Shown piece by piece: positions 56,951 through 64,000 of a stretch of 64,000 bases of DNA; positions within the stretch are counted from its first letter, which is position 1; every line of letters starts with the position of its first letter. Below the pieces are notes generated by a model, which saw only the letters and a program-made list of their open reading frames with translations, did no database searches and was not told the DNA's origin. Source of the stretch: the human T2T-CHM13v2.0 reference genome, Homo sapiens; assembly GCA_009914755.4 (NCBI GenBank), contig CP086569.2, forward strand, positions 12,768,001 through 12,832,000. The letters are read 5' to 3'. Position numbers and translations under genes: made by a program.

Positions 56951-57515
56951 GTCACAAATTATCACCGATGCCACAGCTTAAAACAACACCCATTTATTCT
57001 GTTACAGTTTTGAACATCAGAATAAAATAAAGATGTCTGCAGAGCTGTGTTTCTTCTGAGTATTTTAGGAGAAAAACAATTTATTTCTGTTTCTGGCTTT
57101 TAGAGGCTGCCTGCATTTCTTGGCTCATGGAATCTTCCTGTATCTTCAGATTACATCATGCCAACCTCTGCTTCCTGCAGCCTGTGTCTTTTCTGTAGCT
57201 TTGACTCTTCCACTTCCCTTTTGTAAGGTTCTCTGTGATGATAGCAGACCCACCTGGATAAGGCAGGTGTTCTGAACCTCTCCAAGCTATACCTGATGAG
57301 CAGAGATGACAGAGTGGCTTGAAAAATGTTTAGGAATGTCTACAACTGGTTGAATGTAAACCAAGACTGACAAATACCTGTCCAAATCAAACAATGTGCT
57401 GATATATTCAGCTCCAATCAGCTGAGGTGTAGGCACCAACACTCATCCCAATCTGGTCTCCCTGGATAGCCACAGTGTGGAGTGCTCCATTTTGAAGGCA
57501 TATAGTAGAGTGAAT

Positions 57516-58115
57516 GCTGCTATAAGAAACTGTATCCCAGTCAATTCAGACTTCTGCAACAAAATACCTTAGATTGCATGGCTTACAAACAGCAGACATT
57601 GATTTCCCATAGTCCTGGGGCTGGGAGTCTAATATCAAGGAATGGCAGATTCAGTTTCTAGTGAAGACTCGCAACCTGGTCTCATCCAGATACTCCTGGC
57701 ACTGAGTGCTTGAATTTGAAGAAATATAGAAAAGCGAAGGTTGGTGTAAGGAACCGTATTCTAGTCCACTCAGACTTCTTTAGCAAAATACCATAGCCTG
57801 GGGGACTCACAAACAGCAGGCATTTACTTTTTTTACTTCTGGAAGCTGGGAGTCCAAGCTCAAGGTGGGGCACATTCAGTGTCTTGTTAGGACCCACTTC
57901 CTGGATTAAGATGGAGCCTTCTCGCTGTGTCCTTATATGGTGGAAGGGGCGAGGGAACTCTGAGGTCCTTTTTCTAAGGGCACTGATCCCATTCATCAGG
58001 CTCCACCTTATGACCTCAACACCTCCCAAAGCCCCTACCTCCCAACAACATCACCTTTCAGGTGAGGATTTCAGTATATGAGTTTGGGGTGGGACATACA
58101 CATGCAGACCATAGC
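57516..58115 (-). mobile_element. MaLR LTR composite block F, minus orientation: a partial unit (57516-57700) plus a full unit (57765-58115)
   Basis: gctgctataagaaactgtatcccagtcaattcagacttctgcaacaaaataccttagattgcatggcttacaaacagcagacattgatttcccatagtcctggggctgggagtc... is repeated as ...tagcaaaataccatagcctgggggactcacaaacagcaggcatttac...ggaagctgggagtccaagctcaaggtg...ccccacctcccaacaacatcacctttcaggtgaggatttcagtatatgagtttggggtgggacataca. Confidence 0.75.
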
Positions 58116-59140
58116 AGACTCATAAACTCAACATGCATGAGTGCATATTTATTCTAAACCAAATTAAGAGACAGGAAGCACGATAATTTTTGTGTGTATG
58201 CCATTTAAGATTTGAAGGGCTGCTGTGTAGTTGAAATATCACAGACATTCTACAGGGTCCCTAGGGATGTACCTGTGATCCATGAAACTTACCTAAAGGG
58301 GGATTTTTGTCTCCCAAAAAGGAAAACCCACACTATATAGCTGGTGGAATGTGGAACAAACCTACACTAAATGAATTGAAATATCATGCCTATTGCTGGA
58401 GGCTGGGCAGGCCTTCGCAAGGGTGTTGCAAGTTTAACTTAGTCATCAATTGGGCTATACAACTACATGGCAATTATATAACCAGACAGGAAACTGCAGC
58501 CATTGAATTTTATTTCTTTTGAAAACATACTGATATCTGTTACCTTAATTATTCTTAAAAATGAGTTAAGCTCATTAGCTATTGTTTCCTGCTTTTTATA
58601 GCCTTCCTAATGAATAAGGTGGATGCAACTTCAGATCTTCTGACCTATTGTGGATCTGTTCATTCTCCTTCTATCAAGGTTACACTCTATTATTGCTACT
58701 GTATCTTTGTTTGCAATTAATTTGGCCACCCAGCTTATATGCTTGGACTATTGTTTCCATGTGTGGACAATATGCAAAGTGTATCTGTCTTCCTGCAAAA
58801 CAACAAAAAAAATGATATCATTTTCCAAGTGTCTCATAGGTGTTCACAGCCAGCGGCAATGTTTCTGTAGGAACATCTTACTTGCATTTTATTCCCTTAA
58901 CAATCATGATATGTTTAGTCTCTCTAGCAAGCTGCTACATAACAGCAACAGGCTGTGAGTCACTTAGGAATATAGGGGATTCTGCTAAGTAAACAAAATC
59001 AGCTCCTTTTTGTTACTTCTTCATAACAGGTATGGAAACTGTGGGTGGTTCATTTAGAACAAAGGTCTCATATTTAAAGATTTGAATTCAAGGGCACTAG
59101 TGCTTTTTCCTAGGACAGACACAAGGTAGGAGATAAAATT

Positions 59141-59429
59141 ATTTTATTTTATTTATTTTATTTTGAGACAGGGTGTTGCTCTATTGCCCAGGCTGGAATG
59201 CAGTTGTCTGATCCACCTCCTGAGCTCAAGTGATCCTCCCACCTTAGCCTCCCGAGTAGCTGGAACTACAGGTGCGCACTACAACACCAGCTAATTTTTT
59301 TGTATTTTTTGTAGAGACAGGAGTCTCATCATGTTGCCCACCTGGTCTTGAAATCCTGGGCTCAAGTGCTCCTCCTGCCTTGGCCTCCCCAAGTGTTGGG
59401 ATCACAGGCGTGAGCCACCGCGCCCAACC
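59141..59429 (-). mobile_element. Alu, minus orientation, flanked by an unusually long (about 78 bp) imperfect direct repeat
   Basis: T-rich start then gagacagggtgttgctctattgcccaggctggaatgcag...ggatcacaggcgtgagccaccgcgcccaacc. Flanks are tctcatatttaaagatttgaattcaagggcactagtgctttttcctaggacagacacaaggtaggagataaaattat and tctcatattttaagactctaattcatgtgtatttactgcttttttctaggacaaacagagagtaggaggtcaaattat. Confidence 0.9.
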
Positions 59430-59894
59430 TGAAAAGCTCTCATATTTTAAGACTCTAATTCATGTGTATTTACTGCTTTTTTCTAGGACAAACAGAGAGT
59501 AGGAGGTCAAATTATGTTGTTCAATTCAGGTATTTTTAAAATGTATCCACTTACATAGTCTAACTTGCAGTAAGCATCTTAATAAACCATTTTAATGAAA
59601 GGATGGTGGAAGGTAAAGTCCCTAAACTGGAGCTGATGATCATGAGATATACGTTGTGATAATTGTGGTGATACAATTAGACGGGGAATACATAACCCAA
59701 TTGGAGCCAGTCAGGGCAGGGGGTTGGGGTAGCTCCCTGCAGGCAAGACTCCAGGTAATGGCTAGATGTGAGAGACCAGGATCCCACTGGCTAGGAGAAA
59801 GCAGCAGGAGCCAGAGGATGCGGGGAACACAACAGGTATTCTGTGTCTTCTCCCCACCTTCCCCACTAAAAAAATTCCATGTCCACTCGAAACT

Positions 59895-60560
59895 TTGAAA
59901 TAGGACCTTATTTGGAAATTCAGTCTTTGTAAATGTAATTAGTATGGGATGTCAAGATGAAGTCATGCTGGATTCAGGACCCTAAATGCAATGACAGGTG
60001 TACTTGTAAGAGACAGAAGCGGAGACACAGACACAGAGGAGAAGGCCACCTGGAAACAGAGGCAGAGACTGGAGTGATGCAGCCACAAGCCTAGGGACAC
60101 CTGGAAACCCCAGGACCTGGGAGAGGCAGGAAGGATCCTCCCCTAGAGCCTCCAGAGGGAACTAAGAACACCTGTAGTGGCTTAAACTGTGCCACAAGCC
60201 CAGGGGTTCCTGGAGCCTCTAAGATCTGGAAGAGGCAGGACGGATGCTCTTCCTAGAGCCTCCAGAAGGAACTGAGTACAACTGTAGTCGATTGAACCAT
60301 AGTCTCCCAAAAAGATATGTCCACATCCTGACCCCAGAACATGTGAATGGGACCTTATTTGGAAACACGGCATTTGGAGATAGAACCAAGTCAAGAATCT
60401 CAAGGTGAGATCATCCTGGAATAGGTTGGGCCCTAAATGCAATGTCAGGTGTCCTTCTATGAGACATAAGAAGAGACACAGATACAGAGGAGAGGTTCAC
60501 AGGGATATTTAGGCAGGGACTGCAATGATTCACCTAAGGTCCAGGAATGCCAAGGATTGC
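59895..60560 (+). mobile_element. MaLR LTR 5'-half units in tandem (block G). 59935-60200 is about 93% identical to 63320-63580
   Basis: ggaccttatttggaaattcagtctttgtaaatgtaattagtatgggatgtcaagatgaagtcatgctggattcaggaccctaaatgcaatgacaggtgtacttgtaagagacag...cctcccctagagcctccagagggaactaagaacacc. A second unit starts tgaatgggaccttatttggaaacacggcatttggagatag at about 60345. Confidence 0.7.
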
Positions 60561-60904
60561 TGCTGGCTACTGGAAGCTAGGGAGAGGCCAACAAGAGAAC
60601 TAGGAGATCAAAAATAACTTACTTTTACATTTAAAAATAACTAAAAGAGTATAATTGGATTATTGGCAACACAAAGGGTAAATGCTTGAGGGGCTGGATA
60701 CCCCATTCTCTGTGATGTGATTGTTATGTATTGCATGCCTGTATCAAAACATTACAGATATCCCATAAACATATACACCTCCTATGTACCCACAAAAATT
60801 ATCAATAACAAATTCTGAAAAAAACAGAACTGGGAGTTAATACATTTATGTTGCTTTCAGCCACCCAGTAGGAGGTAATTTTTTCTAATCTTTTTTTAAT
60901 TGTC

Positions 60905-61197
60905 ATTTTTGGACAGGCACGGTGACTCACGCCTGTAATCCCAGCACTCTGGGAGGTGGAGGCAGGCAAATAACCTGAGGTCAGGAGTTCATGACCATCC
61001 TGGCCAAGATGGTGAAACTTCCTCTCTACTAAAAACACAAAAATTAGACAGGCATGGTGGCACATACCTGTAATCTCTGCTACTTGAGAGGCTGAGGGAT
61101 GAGAATCATTTGTACCCAGGAGGTGGAGATTGAGTGAGCCGAGATCAAGCCACTGCAACCCAGCCTGGGTGACAGAGTAAGTGTCTCAAAAAAAAAA
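60905..61197 (+). mobile_element. Alu, plus orientation, abutting the 3' end of the ASS1 pseudogene
   Basis: ggacaggcacggtgactcacgcctgtaatcccagcactctgggaggtggaggcaggcaaataacctgaggtcaggagttcatgaccatcctggccaagatggtgaaac...cagcctgggtgacagagtaagtgtctc plus A10. Confidence 0.9.
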
Positions 61198-62745
61198 TGT
61201 CATTTTATAGCTCTCCACTGCAGCTGTCCCCCACCCTTCCCTTTGATGATCACTTTTGCAGGCTTCAGCGGTACCAGGGAAAAAGTTGGGGCCTGGCAGC
61301 CCCACTATACTGCCAGCCAGGGAGAACAAGTCACAATTACGAATTATCACAATAATTAGTGTCTGTTCTTGGGGTATCTGCAAAGTGTGCAAAGTGAGGA
61401 GGCCCCAGCTCCCCCTCACGTAGGTGCCCATTTGGCAGGGAGCTTGCTTTAGAGACAATGATATTCCTTCAGCCTGATGGAATTGATGTTGATGAACCTG
61501 GTGGCATTAATTGGCTCCTAATCGCCCTGCACATTCATGCTCACCAGCTCCTCATTTTAGAGAGACAGTGGGGACTCCTGTCTGAGTATGTCCACCTGGC
61601 TCTTGAAGACAGGCACCTGCACTTTCCCTTCCACTCACTCCTGGGACTTGGTGATGCAGTGGTGGACAAATTCACATTCAGGGCTGTGCCAGAAACTGGT
61701 GTACACCAGCTCAGCAAATTTCACGCCCAGGCCTTGTTTGATTTTGCACTCTTCCTGATTCATGGTGAAGGCCTCGATGTGTAAATGAGCATAGTAAAGG
61801 ATGATGCCAGCTAGGGTCTTGTAGATGCCTCAGGACTTCATTGCAATGAAATGGTTCTCCACGATGTCAATATGGCCCAGGCCATGCTTGCTCGCAGCTT
61901 CGTTCAGGTACACGCAGAGCTCCTAGGAGGTCTGGTGGGTGGCGCCATCCTTGACGTTGGTCACCTTCACGGGGACCTCTTTTTTGAACTCAATCTAGAG
62001 AATGTCAGGGGTGTTGGGGGCTTTGGTCAGGTCCTTAGTCTTTGTGTAGAGACCTGGAGGTGCTTATGGTACTTGTGTTTCTCCAGGATTCCAGCCTCAT
62101 AGCTGATACACATGAGGTTCTCGTCCATGATCCACGGGTTCTTGAGAGTGACTGGGATGGGAATCCGATGTTGCTTTGTGTATTCCATCAGATCATTGCA
62201 GCCATTGAGCCAGTAGTAGAACTCGGGCATCCTCCAGGGAGCAATGACCTTAATCTGGGGGCCAGTGAGCAGGTGAGCTCAAACTGGACCTGATCGTTCT
62301 CCTTTCCCATGATGCCATAGGATACGTACTTGGCCCCCTCCTGCTGGGTAATTTCCACTTGTTTGTGGGCGATGCAGAGCCTAGCCAGAGAGGTGCCCAG
62401 GAGGTAGTAGTCCTCATACAGGGCGCTGGACTGGATGGCCGGCCAGATGAACTCCTCCACAAACTCCCTGCTGACTTCCTCAATGAACACCTTTTTGGCC
62501 CCAAGCTTGCATGCCTTCTTCCTGTCTTTCTCGAAGTCTTCCTTCTGGCCAATGTTGGCCAGGTAGGCAATGACAACATGTCCTTGTTCCTTCAGCCACA
62601 CAAGCATGCAGGAGGTGTCCAGGCCACCACTGTGGGCCAGAACCATGGATCCTTTGCTGGACATAGCATCTGGGATTGGAGGTGCGAGTTCCCTGCATCT
62701 GAAATCTGTCTTCACGGTGCAGTAAACCACTTGCGCCCCGTGCAA
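61198..62745 (-). pseudogene. ASS1P: Argininosuccinate synthetase (ASS1) processed pseudogene: intronless, with a 5'UTR fragment, the full-length CDS homolog (about 61428-62664) carrying frameshifts and in-frame stops, and the 3'UTR
   Basis: Minus-strand ORF 62188-62766 encodes [117 protein letters not shown]...[12 protein letters not shown] (human ASS1 [117 protein letters not shown]...QVRFELSCYSLAP). A frame-shifted ORF 62027-62230 continues [50 protein letters not shown]. The remaining C-terminal homology (..[50 protein letters not shown]) is contiguous with stop codons. The lack of introns implies retroposition. Confidence 0.93.
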
Positions 62746-63289
62746 CAGAAGCAGGTGACAGAGCAAGAGGAGGTAATTTTTTTACAGCAGCTATACCAAA
62801 CTAATACTGTTCAGTTTAGCAGCAACACCAAAATCAATGAGGAATATCAGGATGGTTAGCACACTGACCAGGAGTTTGGGTCAGCACTGACTCCAGGCCC
62901 ATGAGCCATGCTCAGACACTGTGTGGAGAGTGTTGTGGTGTACACTGAAGGAGTTTTGAACTCTCCTTTGGAGCACCAGCCTTGGTGTGGCTGTCAGATG
63001 TGCTTGGATTCAGTGCCTATCAGCTGAGGAGCTGAGCCTATTGAGAATTCTGTGTGTCAAAATTGGTCAGCATTTGAGGCAGTTCTGGGCTATCAGGGGG
63101 AGACAAGATTCCATGGCAGACACGAGCCAGAGTCGAAGAGAGAAAGTCATAGGAGGCAAGATAATGGCCTCTGAAAGAGGGCCACATCCCAATCTCCTAT
63201 GAATATGGTACCCTGCAATGGAGAAAGGGAATACAGGTTGCAGATAGAATTAAGGTGGTTAACTCACTCGACCTTAAAACTGGGAGATT

Positions 63290-63580
63290 GTTTTTGATTA
63301 TTCAGGCTGGGCCCAATCTAATTGCAAGAAGTCAGGCTGGATTCAGGACCCTAAATGCAATGACAGGTGTACTTGTAAGAGACAGAAAAGGACACACAGA
63401 CACAGAGGAGAAGGCCACTTGGAGACAGAGGCAGAGACTGGAATGATGTGGCCACAAGCCTAGAGATACCTGGAGCCCCCAGGACCTGGGAGAGGCAGGA
63501 AGTGTCCTCCCCTAGAGCCTCCAGAGGGAACTAAGTACACCTGTAGTAGTTTAAACTGTCCTTAGAGTCCTTAAAAGTAG
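63290..63580 (+). mobile_element. MaLR LTR 5'-half unit (block H), near-duplicate of 59935-60200
   Basis: ggctggattcaggaccctaaatgcaatgacaggtgtacttgtaagagacagaaaaggacacacagacacagaggagaaggccacttggagacagaggcagagactggaatgatgtggccacaagcctagagatacctggagcccccaggacctgggagaggcaggaagtgtcctcccctagagcctccagagggaactaagtacacctgtagtagtttaaactg. Confidence 0.75.
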
Positions 63581-63591
63581 AGAAAATTCAA

Positions 63592-63945
63592 GGCCAGCCT
63601 GGGCATCATAGCAAGACATTGTCTCTACTGAAAAGAAAAAAAAGAAAAAAAAAGAAGCCAGATATGGAGGCGCACACCTGTAATATCAGCTATTCTTGAT
63701 CCCAGGAGTTGAAGGCTGTAGTGAGCTATGACCATGGTGCTGCACTCCAGCCTGGATGATAGAGCAGGACTCTATCTCAAAAAATTTAAAAAGCTGGGAG
63801 CAGTGGCTTATGCCTGTAATCCCAGCACTTTGAGAGGCTGAGGCAGGAGGATCGCTTGATCCCAGGAAGCTGAAGCTGTAAGGACACCACTGCACTCCAG
63901 CCTGGGCTACAGAGTAAGACCCTGTCTCAAAAAAATAAAAAACAG
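63592..63945 (+). mobile_element. Cluster of Alu-derived monomer fragments (FLAM/FRAM-like), plus orientation
   Basis: aaggccagcctgggcatcatagcaagacattgtctctactgaaaagaaaaaaaag...ccagatatggaggcgcacacctgtaatatcagctattcttgatcccaggagttgaaggctgtagtgagctatgaccatggtgctgcactccagcctggatgatagagcaggactctatctcaaaaaa...gctgggagcagtggcttatgcctgtaatcccagcactttgagaggctgaggcaggaggatcgcttgatcccaggaagctgaagc...cactgcactccagcctgggctacagagtaagaccctgtctcaaaaaaataaaaaac. Confidence 0.8.
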
Positions 63946-64000
63946 CAGAAGAATCAGAGATAAGTACGGTTGTCTCTGGAAGCTGGAAATGAAGTTTCCT

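Noticed and set aside
61458-62859. Plus-strand ORFs (108 to 166 aa) overlapping the ASS1 pseudogene
   Set aside because: They are antisense to the ASS1 homology and have no protein similarity of their own. They are artefacts of the GC-rich, stop-poor reverse strand of a former coding sequence.

Overview
This 64 kb window reads as human (primate) intergenic DNA that is gene-poor and heavily repeat-derived. I found no intact protein-coding gene and no prokaryotic-style system such as an operon, CRISPR array or defence island. Nearly every long ORF in the six-frame track is either a translated microsatellite or a decayed transposon ORF.

What the sequence supports:
- A near full-length HERV-H provirus on the minus strand (27388-35574), with LTR7-like LTRs, a 5-bp target-site duplication TGAAG, a tRNA-His-type primer binding site, and remnants of pol (RT and integrase) and env (TM subunit).
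- An argininosuccinate synthetase (ASS1) processed pseudogene on the minus strand (about 61198-62745), intronless, with frameshifts and stop codons.
- A solo LTR12 (HERV9 LTR) inserted into a MaLR element.
- Two L1 copies, each with a 5' segment inverted against its 3' part, the pattern usually attributed to twin priming, plus two older L1 3' ends.
- At least 15 Alu copies or fragments, several with visible target-site duplications, two of them nested inside a Tigger-like DNA transposon that has clear terminal inverted repeats.
- A THE1 LTR and many MaLR (MstII/MST-type) LTR copies. These recur as composite blocks of one full unit followed by one or two 3'-partial tandem units, in both orientations.
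- Two large inverted repeats (palindromes). One spans about 42.5-46.1 kb; its arms carry GATA/TATC microsatellite arrays and its spacer holds an Alu and a compound GAAA/GGAA microsatellite of about 540 bp. The other spans about 54.1-56.95 kb, and both arms contain a degenerate interstitial (TTAGGG)n tract.
- Many other microsatellites: (GGAA)n, (TTTC)n, (CA)n, (AAAT)n.

The observations most worth a second look are structural: the palindromes, the recurrent MaLR composites, and the duplicated segments that flank the ASS1 pseudogene. I cannot place the chromosome from sequence alone. Repeat family names and coordinates were assigned by eye and are approximate, typically within about 10-30 bp.
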